Assembly (NCBI GenBank): GCA_030390025.1
Contig: CM059432.1
Coordinates: forward strand, 31,622,001-31,686,000
Direction: 5' to 3'
DNA length: 64,000 nucleotides
From: Squalus acanthias
Lineage: Eukaryota
A program made the translations under genes and the position numbers. The notes under the pieces are model-generated. The model was not told the DNA's origin, ran no database searches, and worked only from the letters and a program-made list of their open reading frames with translations. Below are positions 24,795 through 37,399 of the stretch, in pieces; position 1 is the stretch's first letter, and every line of letters starts with the position of its first letter.

Positions 24795-25250
24795 TGTGTC
24801 AGCCTTGGTTCACTGGTACAACGCTCGCCTGAGTCAGAAGGCTGTGGGTTCAAGTTCCACTCCAAAGACTTGAGCACATAATCCAGGCTGACATTCCAGT
24901 GCAGTACTGAGGGAGTGCTGCACTGTCAGAGGTGCCGTCTTTCGGATGAGTCATTAAACCAAGTCTGTCCTATCAGATGGATGTAAAAGATCCCACGGCA
25001 CTGTTTCAAAGAAGAGCAGGGAAGTTTTCCCTGGTGTCCTGGCCATTATTTATCTCTCAACTGACATCACCAAAACAGATTATCTGGTCATTATCTCATT
25101 GCTGTCTGTGGGACCTTGCTGTGCACTAATTGACTTGCTGTGTTTCTTACATTACAACAGTGACTACACTTCAAAAGAACTTCATTGGCTGTAAAATGCT
25201 TTGGGGTGTCGTGAAAGGTCCCATATAACTGCCAGTTGGTTCTTTCTTTT
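24795..25250 (+). mobile_element. DeuSINE (SacSINE1-like), full length
   Basis: tRNA head (ggttcaagttcc), Deu core ggtgccgtctttcggatgag...aaaagatccca, L2-like tail. Confidence 0.85.
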
Positions 25251-27059
25251 GCAGTTGCACAGTGTTCTACCAATCCCAAGGAACAAGTCTAGACATTGCT
25301 ATTAGCATATGATAGTGTAGGAATTCTTTAACCTATTTAATAAGTCAACGCCTGTTTAAAGAGTAGAGAAAGGAATGTCATATGAATGCATTAAACGCTT
25401 GCGCACCACTACTGCAGTCACTTCTAGACTTAAATTTTCTTGCAATAGCCAAGAATATAGAGCTACATATAGTCAGCTGATGCAGTCATCCGATTGACAG
25501 CACTATCCACTGAACTCCTGCTCATCTTCTCTGTATCTTGGAATTCCCCCACTATCAACAGTCAAAAAAGATTAGAAGTGGGCCACATGTTGCTAAGAAA
25601 ATGACATCATACTTATTCCCAAGGGCTCTCTGTGCACTCACTTCTGGCTCAGACATTTTCTTTTGTCCAGCTGCTGTAGCCTTAGTAACAAAACTTGTAT
25701 ATATCTGAACAGCAGGCAATATATTTACATTTAAAAACACAGAAAACATTAGCTCCTCCAGGTTCCCCTGATGATTTATCAAGGTGATCCAGTGAGCAGC
25801 TAAGCCATGTAGGCTAGGAAGATCTCGTAGACAATTTCTAGTCAATTCAGAGTAAACTGAGCTCAGTTGGGAGTGACAGAGATGTCACAATTGGCCCAAG
25901 TGTTCCTAGAACATGGTGGGAAAATCATCCCAGGACTCCCTCTCCTAATTGTTATTGAGTAACTCCTGGTGCAAGTGTGTGTATGGACAAGGGCACGATC
26001 AAGCTTGGCTATAATGCCTCTGAAGGTCAAAGCAGCCTTAGACACCTCATTGTTAAGGCTCGTACATGAATGATGGCCACTTTGACGATGTACAAGACGG
26101 AAAATGGCATGTGTGGAATTGTACTGACATCTTCAGGAAAGGAAAGGAAAAATGAACTGCTCAAAAGACTTAAATCTTTCTCCTCCTTCTCCGTCCCCAA
26201 CCATGCTATGCCATGCTCTACTTGCCCAAAAGGCAGGCAGGTCATCCTCTTCTATATTTATGCCACTACAACATGCATCATAGGGTTTAGAGTCAAATCG
26301 TTTCAATTGATGCTCTTATGGCATTGGCTTTTGACACTGCATTGATGCAAAAAACTTAATGGGCAGTTTTAAGGTGTATCAAATTCTGGCATGGTGCAGA
26401 ACAGTCTGGAGCAGGTAGTCTCACACCATTTACAATATAACTCAAGCAGTCTAACTTTTTAAACTTCATCATTAAACTTTTATGGGTTAGCAAAAATTGG
26501 CTCCCATGTTTCCTACATTACAACAGTGACTAGACTTCAAATGTACTTCACTAGCTATGAAACTTTTGGGACATCCTGAGGTTGAGAGAGGTGCTATATG
26601 AATGTAAGTCTTTCTTTCATTCTTTAATGTGGCCATGTCCCACCTTTGGACTCTGCTGGGTTAGGTGGCCTCTGCTATGGTTGACTTTTGTATGTCCAGG
26701 CTAAGAGGTGGCTTTTCTACAGTTGTTCTTGGGATGTGGGTGACCCATGTATGGCCACGTTTACTGCCCATCCCGAGTGTTCCTTGAGGGCATTAAGAGT
26801 CAACCAAAGAGTGTGGGTTTTCAGTTACACATAGGCCACATCGGGTAGGGTGACAGGTTCCTTTCCTGAAGGACATTAGTAAACCAGTTGGAGGAAGAGG
26901 AGGAGAAGTCAACCAAAATTTCTGCCCCTGACCACTACCTAGTGACTCTTGGTGAAATGTGCATGTATGTGAACATCGGCTCAAATGAAGTACCTACCCT
27001 GTAGTCGAATAGCCTGCTGGTACTCACTGTCCAGCCTCGCACTTCAAGAATGGGCACTT

Positions 27060-27730
27060 ATCATAGAATCATAGAATCTTACAGCACAGATAGAGCCCAT
27101 TCGGGCCATTGTGCCTGTGCCGGCTCTTTGAAAGAGCTATCCAATTAGTTCCACTCGCCTGCTCTTTCCCCAGAGCCCTGCAAATGTTTCCTTTTCAAGT
27201 ATATATCCAATTCCCTTTCGAAAGTTATTACTGAATCTGCTTCCATCACCCTTTCAGACTGTGCATTCTAGATCACAACAACTCACTGCATAAAAAAAAT
27301 TCTCACCTCCCTTCTGGTTCTTTTATCGATTATCTTAAATCTGTGTCCTCTGGTTACTGACCCTCCTGTCAGTGGAAACGGTTTCTCCCTGACTACTATA
27401 TCAAAACCCCATATAATTTTGAACACCTCTATTAAATCTTCCCATAACGTTCTCTGCTCTAAGAAGAACAATCTCAGCTTTTCTAGTCTCTCCACATCAC
27501 TGAAGTCCCTCATCCCTGCCACTGTTCCAATAAATCTCCTGTGCACCCTCTCCAAGGCCTTGACATCCTTCCTAAAGTGTGTTGCCCAGAATTAAACATA
27601 ATACTCCAGCTGAGGCCTAACCAGTGATTTATAAAGCTTTACCATAACTTTGTACACTGCTTCTATTTATAAAGCCCAGGATCCCACATGCTTTTTTTAA
27701 CGGCCTTATGAACTTGTCCTGCCACCTGTT
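27060..27730 (-). mobile_element. CR1 3' fragment
   Basis: ORF 27283-27555 LEQR.L..DLIEVFKI and an inverted (ctatgatt)n tail. Confidence 0.88.
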
Positions 27731-27818
27731 TTACAACCCCTTTAAGAGTGTACTTAAATGACATACAGTTTCTGTGCTTTGAATAGAGGAGCAGAATTGC
27801 AGGGAAACAGGGAAGTAT

Positions 27819-28325
27819 TGGGCGGATTTTAACTCATTCCGTCTGGCGGAAACTGGGAGGAACGGGAGTTCAAATTGAGCAGCTCCATTTGCCGCTCCAT
27901 TCCCACTCCGCAGCAGGTTTAACCTGGCTGTTTTCGCGGACAGCTGAGGTGCCCGCCAGATTAATAAATGCTAATAGGGGTCCTAACGGCGTACCGAGTG
28001 GGTCGCCCTCCATGGGAAACCCGCTCAGTAAAACCTGTCAGGGAAGAAGCAGATGTCCAAAAAACTTACTTCGTAGGACCAGGAGGAGCAGGAGTGCTCC
28101 CTCGGGACCCACAGCAAAGTCTGGGCTTCTGCTGCCCGTTCTTCCCACCCGCGAGACCCTCCCACCACACCTCCCAGCCACCTAAACTTCACCTGCTAGC
28201 ATCCGGCTAGCTACCTCTTTACATCCGTTTCGGTGAGATGTAAAAGAGGTACCGGCAGTTAATATTGGCCGAGCTGCCCACAGAGACACCCAGGCAGCTA
28301 TCCCACAGGAGTTAATATCATCCCC
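27819..28325. mobile_element. Harbinger-like MITE, degenerate
   Basis: Ends TGGGCGGATTTT / GGGGATGATATT (rc), GC-rich interior. Confidence 0.45.
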
Positions 28326-29271
28326 TTAAGGAGCATTCAGCCTTCCAGAGCCCATAACTTTCCGTACGTCTTTTACATCGTGCACTGTCTGAGGCCCCCC
28401 CCCAACCTCATCTGCCCTCAAGGAAATCAAGTTCCACGGAGGCTTCAAGGAGAAAACAAATTGAAATTTCTCCCTAAATTCTTTTACCCAATAAAACAAT
28501 CTAAGGAAACCAGGCTATTAATTTGACACGCGAATCTGCACTATTCTGCACTTACAATCTGTGGGTGGATACACAACAGTTAATTGGTACATTATATATT
28601 ATGAAAAGCAAAGAGCTGTCAGCCAATTAGGAGGTATCATTAAATCTCAGTTGTGTGTTAACATCCATAAAACACTCCAGGATCACTCTTGTGGTATTGT
28701 AGTATAACCAATTCTGTTTATATGGGTCAGAGTCCTAGCTCTGACTGCCTATCCAACTTGTACAGTAATTCGAGTCTAAAATTTGCCAAGCACTGCTGGG
28801 GTCATTTTGACTCCCGATTTTTATTTCCATTATCATCTAAATATGAGTAAACATATATTAAAAAAGTATAAAATGCTCAGGAAAAGTTCAGCTATTAGTC
28901 AGTTGATAAAGACATCAAGGAGCTGAGCCATACAGACCAAACGATCCCAAGTTCAATTCTCAGCCTGCATGGCATTGTTTTGTTTCAAGCCAGGGTGGCA
29001 GTATGGGCTGCTACAATTTCTCTCAGTGCCCCTTACTAAGGAGGCAAAAAAGACTGCCAGTGTCCTGGCTCCTGATCACAATATATTGATTCCTGCTGGA
29101 AAGTGCACACCTCTGGCTATCAGACGAGGTCAGGATCAGGCTCAGCTGTGATGCCTTCTGCGGTCCAATAGCCACTTTTTAGGTATAACATGATGAAAAG
29201 CCAGCATGAGTCAATGCCTTATGGAGTGGAGAGGAGATGTAGATGTGGGAGATTGAAATGTTCAGGCCATT

Positions 29272-30678
29272 ATTTCCTCTCCAAAGTTCTTGAACATGTT
29301 GCCGCCTCCCAAATCCGTGCCCATCTTTCCCAGAACTCCTTGTTTGAATCCCTCCAATCGGGCTTCTGCCCCTGCCACAGTACTGAAAGGTCACAAATGA
29401 AATCCTAATTGACTGCGGCAAAGGTAATCTATCCCTTCTCATCCTTCTGGAGCTGTCTGCACCCTTTGACATGGTTGATCACAAAATTCTGCACCTCTCC
29501 ACCGTTGTCCAGCTGGGTGGGACTGCACTCGCCTGGTTTCACTCCTATCTTTCCAGCCATAGCCATAGAATCACCTGCAATGGCTTCTCTTCCCGATCCC
29601 GCACTGTCACCTCTGGTGTCCCCCAAGGATCTAACCTTGGCCCCCTCCTATTTCTCATCTACATGCTGCCCCTCGGGTGACATCATCCGGCAACACAATG
29701 TGAGTTTTCACAGATGCTGATGATACCCAGCTCTACCTCTCCTCCACCTCTCTCGAATCCTCCACGGTCTCTATACTATCAGACTGCTTGTCCGACATCC
29801 AGCACTGGATGAGTAGAATTTTCTTCCAATTAAATATCGGGAAGACTGAAGCCATTGTCTTCGGTTCACGCCACAAACTCCCTTCCCTTTCCACTGATTC
29901 GATCTCTCTCCCCTGGCAACTGTCTAAGGCTGACCAAGATTGTTCGCAACCTTGGTGTCATATTTGATCATGAATTGAGCTTCCTGCCTCATATCCATTC
30001 TATTACTAAGACTGCACATTTCCACCTTCATAATATCGCCCGTCTCCGCCCTTACCTCAACTTATCTGCTGCTGAAACCCTCATCCATGCCTTTATCACC
30101 GCTAGACTTGACTATTCCAATGCACTCCTGGCCGGCCTCCCTAGTTCTACCCTCCATAAACTTGAGGTCAACCAAAACTCTGCCGCCCATGTGCTAACTC
30201 GCACCAAGTCCCGCTCACCCATCTCCCGTGTGCTCACTGACCTAAATTGGATCCCAGTTAAGCAACGCCTCAATTTTAAAATTCTCATCCTTATTTTCAA
30301 ATTCCTCCATGGCCTCGCTCCTCCTTATCTCTAATCTCCTCCAGCCCTATAATCCCCCTAGACCTCTGCACTCCACCTATTCTGGCCTTTTGAACATCCC
30401 CGAATTTAAATGCTCCATCACTGGCGGTCGTGCCTTCAGCTGTCTAGGTCCTAAAGCTCTGGAATTCCCTCCCTAAATCTCTCTGCCTCTCCACTTCTCT
30501 TCCCTCCTTTAAATTGCTCCTTAAAACCTACCTCTTCGACCAAGCATTTGGTCATCTGCCCTAACATCTCCTTATGGCTCGGGGTCAAATTTTGTTTTTT
30601 TTGATAATACTCCTGTGAAGCGACTTGGAACGTTTTATTACATTAAAGGCGCTATATAAATATAAGTTGTTGTTGTTG
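29272..30678 (+). mobile_element. L2 LINE RT and 3' end, disrupted
   Basis: GVPQGSNLGPLLFLIYMLPLG, RNLGVIFD, LIHAFITARLDYSNALLAGLP, (gtt)n tail. Confidence 0.92.
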
Positions 30679-31607
30679 AATTTAAGTGACTACATAGGCC
30701 GTTTACGTATCCTTTAGAAAAAGGGCCAACTCATACACGAGGAGCCAATGTCATGGAAGAAAACATGGAAGAAAAAAGGGCTAATGGTCCTTGAAGTCCA
30801 TTTCTTCCAGACACAGAAGACTCTACTGAAGCCAATGGAAATGAAAATGGGGAGCGATGTCTAACGGGCAGCTGATCCGATATCCCCCAAAATCAAAATT
30901 AGCCACAGGAAATCTGTTCTAGTGTGATCTCTACCCTACTCATTTAAGCTTAGACATTATGTTGGGCAATAATGACATAATAACATGCAAAACACATATC
31001 AAGTTCATCTATTTGCAATTTTAATGGTGATGTTATCCCCTCAATTCTAAATGCATTAATACATAGGAAAACAAAGCAACAACTTGAAATTATATAGCCC
31101 TTTTAAGGTATCAAAAGGTCCCAAGGCTTGAGATTTTAATAAATGGATGCTGAGCCAAAGAAGAAGACATTAGGAGGAGTGACAGAGAGGTGTGTTTTAA
31201 GGAAGTGGAGAGGTAGAGGGGTTTAAGGAGGGAATTCCTGAGTGTGGGTTCTAGGTGTGAAAGAAAACATATTATTGAAAGCACAGAGACCAGAAAACAA
31301 GAAGTATAGGCTGGGGGCATTCTTCGCCATCAGAATGAGTAAAAAAAGAAAGTTTAAGGTAAAACAGTAACATAACAATATTAGGAACACGAGTAGGACA
31401 TTCAGTCCCTGGTGCCTGCTCCGCCATTCAATTCGATCATGGTTGATTTACACCTCAACTCCACTTTCCTCCCTTTGTTTCATGTTCCTTGATACTCTTA
31501 CCTAACTAAAAAACTATCCACCTCAGTCTTGAAAGCTTCAATTGTCCCAGCATCCGCTGCCATTTCGGGGGGGGGGGGGGGGGGGCGGGGGGAACTTTCA
31601 CAGTACT

Positions 31608-32067
31608 GCTGTAGCTCAGTGGGTAGCCTTGCCTCTGAGTCAGAAGGTTGTGGTTCAAGTCCCACTCCAGAGACTTGAGCACCAAATCTAGGCTGACATT
31701 CCACTGCAGTGCTGAGGCAGTGCTGCACTGTTGGAGGTGCCGTCTTTCAGATGAGATGTTAAACTGAGGCCCCATCTGCTCTCTCAGGTGGATGTAAAAG
31801 ATCCCATGGCACTATTTCAAAGGCGAGCAGGGGAGTTATCCCCGGTGTCCTAGCCAATATTTATCCCTCAACGAACATCACTAAAACAGATTATCTGGTC
31901 ATTATCACACTGCTGTTTGTGGGAGCTTGCTGTGCACAAATTGGCAGCCGCATTTCCTACATTACAACAGTGACTACACTTCAAAAAGTACTTCATTGGT
32001 TGTAAAGCACTTTGAGATGTCAGGTGGTTGTGAAAGATGCTATATCAATGCAAGTCTTTCTTTTCTT
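31608..32067 (+). mobile_element. DeuSINE (SacSINE1-like), full length
   Basis: A box tagctcagtggg, B box ggttcaagtccc, Deu core, 3' tail ending caagtctttcttttc. Confidence 0.88.
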
Positions 32068-32461
32068 TGTTACTACCCAGCACAAAAATCAGGACAAACT
32101 ATTTAACTAAATTGGGGCGAGCTTTAAGAAATCTAAGTTAAATGCTGGTGGGAACATAATTTTGTGGGACAGTTTAGCAACATGCTGCCACCAGAACTTT
32201 ACACAACTGAGCAGAGCACTGGTGAGAAGAGGCTGAGCAGCAGCAAACTTACTACCTACACTCAAGAGCTGCCAACTACACCTCAAGCGCAGTCTGTACA
32301 CATCGTGGCCCTAATGTTTGTCATTGTCACCTTTAATTCTATACTCAACAGATAATGGTTGAGTTCAGTCATTCAAATTGAATAGGGCATTGAGCTGATA
32401 AGTAATGGTATCATTAATTGAAGTGATAGTTGGCACTGTGACTATAACCAAGGATATTAGG

Positions 32462-33009
32462 GTATTCCAACCCACTCCTGGCTGGCCTCCCACATTCCAC
32501 CTTACGTAAACTTGAGGTCATCCAAAACTCGGCTGCCCGTGTCCTAACTCGCACCAAGTCCCGTTCGCCCATCACCCCTGGGCTCGCTGACCTACATTGG
32601 CTCCCGGTTAAGCAGCGCCTTGATTTCAAAATTCTCATCCTTGTTTTCAAATCCCTCCATGGCCTTGCCTCTTCCTATCTCTGTAATCTCCTTCAGCCCC
32701 ACAACCCCCCGAGATATCTGCGCTCCTCTAATTCTGCCCTCTTGAGCATCCCTGATTATAATCGCTCAACCTTTGGTGACCGTGCCTTCTGTTGCCTCGT
32801 CCCTAAGCTCTGGAATTCCCTGCCTAAACCTGTCCGCCTTGCTACTTCTCTTTCCTCCTTTAAGACGCTCCTTAAAATCTACCTCTTTGACCAAGCTTTT
32901 GGTCACCTGCCCTAATTTATCCTTATGTAGACCGGTGTCAAATTTTTTGTCTTAAAATACTCCATTTTACTACGTTAAAGGCACTATATAAATACACGTT
33001 GTTGTTATT
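32462..33009 (+). mobile_element. L2 LINE 3' fragment
   Basis: Near-identical to the reverse complement of 60712-61280. Confidence 0.9.
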
Positions 33010-33931
33010 GGTATAACTTGTGTTTGCTACACCCAACTGAACTCACTAAAGGAATATATTAAAGCAAGGTTATGGTGTTCTGGGGGCTGTTAAAAACCTG
33101 ATGGGGATGAGACTTTTATAAAAACATGTCAAGAAGGCCTGACTGAGCATGTACAAAATTGATACAGGGCCACCCCACATCCACAAAGAAAAAATGGGGC
33201 CACGCGCACTTGTCCACAGAGCTTTCATCAAAGTTTCACTATCCAGTTGATTGATTATTATTTTTTGTGTTCTTGTGAAGCGCCTTGTGACGTTTTACTG
33301 CATTAAAGACACTATATAAATATAAGTTGTTGTTATATAATTCTCCCCCAAACGCAACAGGGAACCAGTATAACTGTACTGCTTTGTCAGAAAATAAAAT
33401 GCACTAGAGGAATGTACACTATAAACTGCAATATGCCATAAATATGCTGCAATATGCCATAAAGATTAGAAAAATCTTCTGTTATTGCACAATAATTACC
33501 CCAAATACTGGAGGGAGGAGTGTGACGAGGATATGCCCCTCAACTTTTTAAACAAGGGATTATATGTCCCCCCTCTCCAAATCCCCAAAAATGTATCTAT
33601 GTACAAATGTATAACCAGTTCTTTCTTTACGTCTGTACAACCGCAGGGCACATATTCCCGCCCCAGCACAAACATTTTGCACTGGTGTCCTCTGCCCAAA
33701 TCCCAGAATTTTATCCCCGCTCGCCCCAACTACCCTAAAATATACTTGGCTGCGCCTCTGCTGAAAACACACGAAGTTACCGGAAAATAATGGTAACATT
33801 TCATATTTTTTTAAATATATAAAAACACACATCACCTCAATACTGTGCACACCGTCTGGCCTCTATTAGAACATCAACATTCTGGGAACAGGCTGCAAAT
33901 TTAAATGATCCTCTTAAATATATACACTTAC

Positions 33932-34098
33932 ATTTCTTTTTGAAGCAATGCGTCAAAATGCAAGTCCAACTTTCTGGAGTTTTTGTTAAAAAGTAGCCGA
34001 ACGTGACAGAAAATACTGCAGCAATGCGAGTCGATGCCTACTTCCTGGACAAGTTGGAAGGATTGCAGAACAGAAACAGCTCGACACTTTGGCAACAT
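33932..34098 (-). CDS. candidate first coding exon of an unidentified host gene (MLPKCRAVSVLQSFQLVQEVGIDSHCCSIFCHVRLLFNKNSRKLDLHFDALLQKE.., phase 2)
   Basis: ATG at 34098 with A at -3. 167 nt open up to a consensus donor GTAAGT (33931-33926). Lies in a repeat-free, CpG-retaining island. Product not recognised. Confidence 0.4.
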
Positions 34099-34599
34099 TT
34101 TGTAGCTATTAAAAAAAACTGGAACAACCGCTTGTCTCGCTTGCACCTCAAAATGTTTCCAAATGTGAAGAATGTTTCTACACCACCCAGAAAAGTTTTT
34201 GAAAGTACCAAAAAAAACTTGTTTTACCTCAAGTCTGCAGCTCAATTTGATCGTCGTGTTTTCTGCTGTGGTTTTTTTTCTCTCTCACTTGCTCACGTCC
34301 GGAGTGCCTTCCTCTTTATTGGGACTTGTTTTTTTTGTTGTTGTTGAGATACAGGAACAAGCTCCTCTAGCTCTGGTGACATTAAGTGAGGGGGTGGGGG
34401 GTCCTCTCCTGCTCTGGGCACAGCTGAGGGCAGCGTGAGCTCTCCCTCACCCCAAGGGGACAGGTGCCACTCTCTGCCAAAGAAAAGAAGCGGGGCAAAG
34501 CAACGCCTTCCCTGTTTTTTTTGCTCTTCTATTTTTTTCTCCTTTGCAGATAAATCAGTGGCAATCTCCACTCCAAGCTTGCTACTTTACTTTCTGCAG

Positions 34600-34780
34600 T
34601 CTCCAAACTTTCCCCCCCACCGACCAGCTCTGTTTCTTGCTTTCACTCACTCTTCTGTTTTTCCGTGTGAAAGTTCAGCATGCTTGCGTCAATGTAACAT
34701 GAGTACCAAGAAACCATGACGTGGCGCACACCGCCTCATCCTTCTGCACTTGGCATTGCATGCACACCGGTACTGTACAA
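34600..34780 (-). promoter_or_regulatory. candidate promoter with bZIP sites
   Basis: TTGCGTCAAT (34684-34693; C/EBP-CRE hybrid) and TGACGTGG (34717-34724; CRE/UPRE-like), upstream of the candidate exon. Confidence 0.3.
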
Positions 34781-34945
34781 GATGCAGCAGAGATTCTGAG
34801 CGTCCCTGGATTTCCCCAGGTGTCCTGCATTGCCGACCAGTCATTTTCTTGCTGTCAGGTTACAATGTTAAGAATGAGATTTATGTATGATCAAAATAGA
34901 TTGCAAATCTATTTTTGCTTCATTTCTAACAGGGTTTCCTTCCAT

Positions 34946-35408
34946 AAAGAAAAACTTGCATTTATATAGCACCTTTCACGACCACCGGATGTCTCAAAGC
35001 GCTTTACAGCCAATGAAATACTTTTGTAGTGGAATCACTGTTGTAATGTAGGAAACGCAGCAGCCAATTTGCACTCAGCAAGCTCCCACAAACAGCAATG
35101 TGATAATGACCAGATAAACTGTTTTTGTTGTGTTGATTGAGGGATAAATATTGGCCAGGACACCAGGGATAACTCCCTGCTCTTCGAAATAGTGCCACGT
35201 GATCTTTTACATCCACCTGAGAAAGCAGACGGGGCTTCGGTTTAATGTCTCATCTGAAAGACGGCACCTCCGACAGTACAGCACTCCCTCAGCACTGTAC
35301 TGGACTGTCAGCATAGCTTTATGTGCTCAAGTCCCTGGAGTGGGACTTGAACCCACAACCTTCTAACTCAGAGGTGAGTCTGCTACCTACTGAGCCACAG
35401 CTGACACA
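34946..35408 (-). mobile_element. DeuSINE (SacSINE1-like), full length
   Basis: Reverse complement of the 31608-32067 family. Confidence 0.88.
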
Positions 35409-36327
35409 TGTAATATAATCCTTTTATAATATGTTCTCAGATGTGATAGTGGTAAGGCCAGTATTTATTGCCCATTACTAGTTGTCTTGAGAAGGTGGTG
35501 GTGGTGGGCTTTCTGCTTGAACCACTGCCGTCCTTATGGTGGTGGTGTTCCCACAATGGTGTTTAGTAGTGAATTCCGATTTTTTTTGACCCACTGAGAT
35601 AAAGGAATGGAGATATATGTCCGAGGATGGTGTGTGACTTGGAGCGGAACTTGGAAATTATGCTGTTCCCACGACATTGCTGCTTTTGCTCTTCTTGATG
35701 GCAGAGATCAAAGGCTTATACCATAGGTTTTCCATTTGCGGCCCCTGGACCCTACAGGGTCTGCAGGAAAATCTCAGGGAATCTACAGGATCATCAGATT
35801 TCTGTATTTGTTGACAATATCATACAATAGCCTAGAAAATACTGCCAGCAAAAGTGCTTTACCAGCAAGGCTGGCATTTATGGCCCATCCCTAGTTGTCC
35901 TTGAGAAGGTGGTGATGGGTCTTCTTCTTAAACCATTGCAGTCTGGGTGGTGAAGGTGCTACCACATGCTGATAGGTAGGGATTTCCAGTATTTTATTAA
36001 TAAATGGGAAACAGAAATCATGGATTTGGGAATTTTCTCGCTTTCAGCCTACTCTGTGCTTCATGAAAAATTCCTTAACTGTTGGCACGCTGTCACAGGA
36101 ACAGGAATCTGCCATTCAGCCCAATGAGCCTGTTCTGCCATTCAATTAGATCATGGATGATCTTTACCTCAACTTCATTTACCCATCTTTTTCCATATCT
36201 CTTGATAGCCTTAACCTAACAAAAATTTTATTGAATGGAAATTAAAAGTTTGAATTTTAACTTTGTAAATGTAAGTGAGTTAGCAGTTAACTGCTAGTCA
36301 ACTGTAAGTAGGTCACAATTAGATACT

Positions 36328-37388
36328 GGCCCAGATTTTTCTCTCCACGGCAAAGGAACAGCGCTCACTGTTCACCATGCTCGCAGCTGCCCACAGACTT
36401 TTTGCGGGCCTGTCAGCGGAGATTTCCTCTAATCCGGCGTCTTTTCCAGCGTGGCGCCCTTTACAGGGGATCTGTGGCATGTACGAGCAGGGAAAGCAAC
36501 TGCGTGGCTCTTCAACCAATCAGATTGAAGAATCCTCACTGAGACATGCAGAGTCCAAACCAGGAAATATAAAGCAGGAAATATAAATTAAATTTAAATA
36601 ATGTACAGAAAGTGAAATAAAGATTGATAAATACAGATGGGAATAAGGGAGAGAGATAAAAGAGACAGACAGAAAAAGTAAAAAAAGTTTTATTTTAATT
36701 TAAATGTTTTTCTAAATCTCCAACACTAATTTCCTTCTGACGAAATGAGACTGCACACTTGGAAAATTAATTTTGCAGGGCCAGAAAGGTTGTTCAGCAG
36801 TAATTATCATGTCGTTTAAAAACTCACTCCTGAATGCACCAGTCCTAACTTTTTCAGACAATTTTAGTGTGGAACTGGTAGACAAGCACAGCAAGTTTTA
36901 TTTAATTCATTCTTGGGATGTGGCCATCACTGGCAAGGCCAGCATTTATTGCCCATCCCTAATTGCCCTTGAGAAGGTGGTGGTGAGCCACCTTCTTGAA
37001 CCGCTGCAGTCCATGAGGTGAAGGTACTCCCACAGTGCTGTTAGGGAGGGAGCTCCTTGATTTTGACCCTGCAATGATGAAAGAACGGTGATATATTTCC
37101 AAGTCAGGATGGTGTGTGACTTGGAGGGGAACGTGCAGGTGGTGGTGTTCCCATGCGCTTGCTGGCCCTGTCCTTCTAGGTGGTAGAGGTCACGTCGTTG
37201 GAGTCATTTCAATGCTGAATTTATCGGCGAGCTCTGTTACAGTGCACCCTGTGGAGGAGCAGGCTATCTCTGACAGCAGCTCCTTGATTTCTGTGTTTAA
37301 TTGTGCATGTGTGTTTCTGTCAGATTTCCTCCATTATAACGGTGAGCACCGACGGCCTCATTGTTATCCTCATCGCAAATTCAGGGCC
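36328..37388. mobile_element. Harbinger-like MITE with a family-B LINE tail inserted (about 36905-37190, -)
   Basis: TIRs GGCCCAGATTTT / GGCCCTGAATTT (rc). TSD ACT (36325-36327; 37389-37391). Confidence 0.7.
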
Positions 37389-37399
37389 ACTGTGTAGTT

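Noticed and set aside
25550..26350. Host exons in the non-repetitive stretch
   Set aside because: Short ORFs on both strands with no convincing splice-site pair or recognisable protein.
31567..31592. Long G run as a functional G-quadruplex element
   Set aside because: Homopolymer inside a CR1 tail remnant. Similar runs at 6198 and 10603 suggest slippage, with no supporting context.
31608..31680. tRNA genes at SINE heads (also 24795, 35340-35408, 46449)
   Set aside because: A and B boxes continue into the Deu domain and LINE tail, and no complete cloverleaf is evident.
33424..33462. Short direct repeats as a CRISPR-like array (also 30752, 44188, 43790-43880)
   Set aside because: Only two-copy local duplications in eukaryotic DNA, with no repeat-spacer periodicity.
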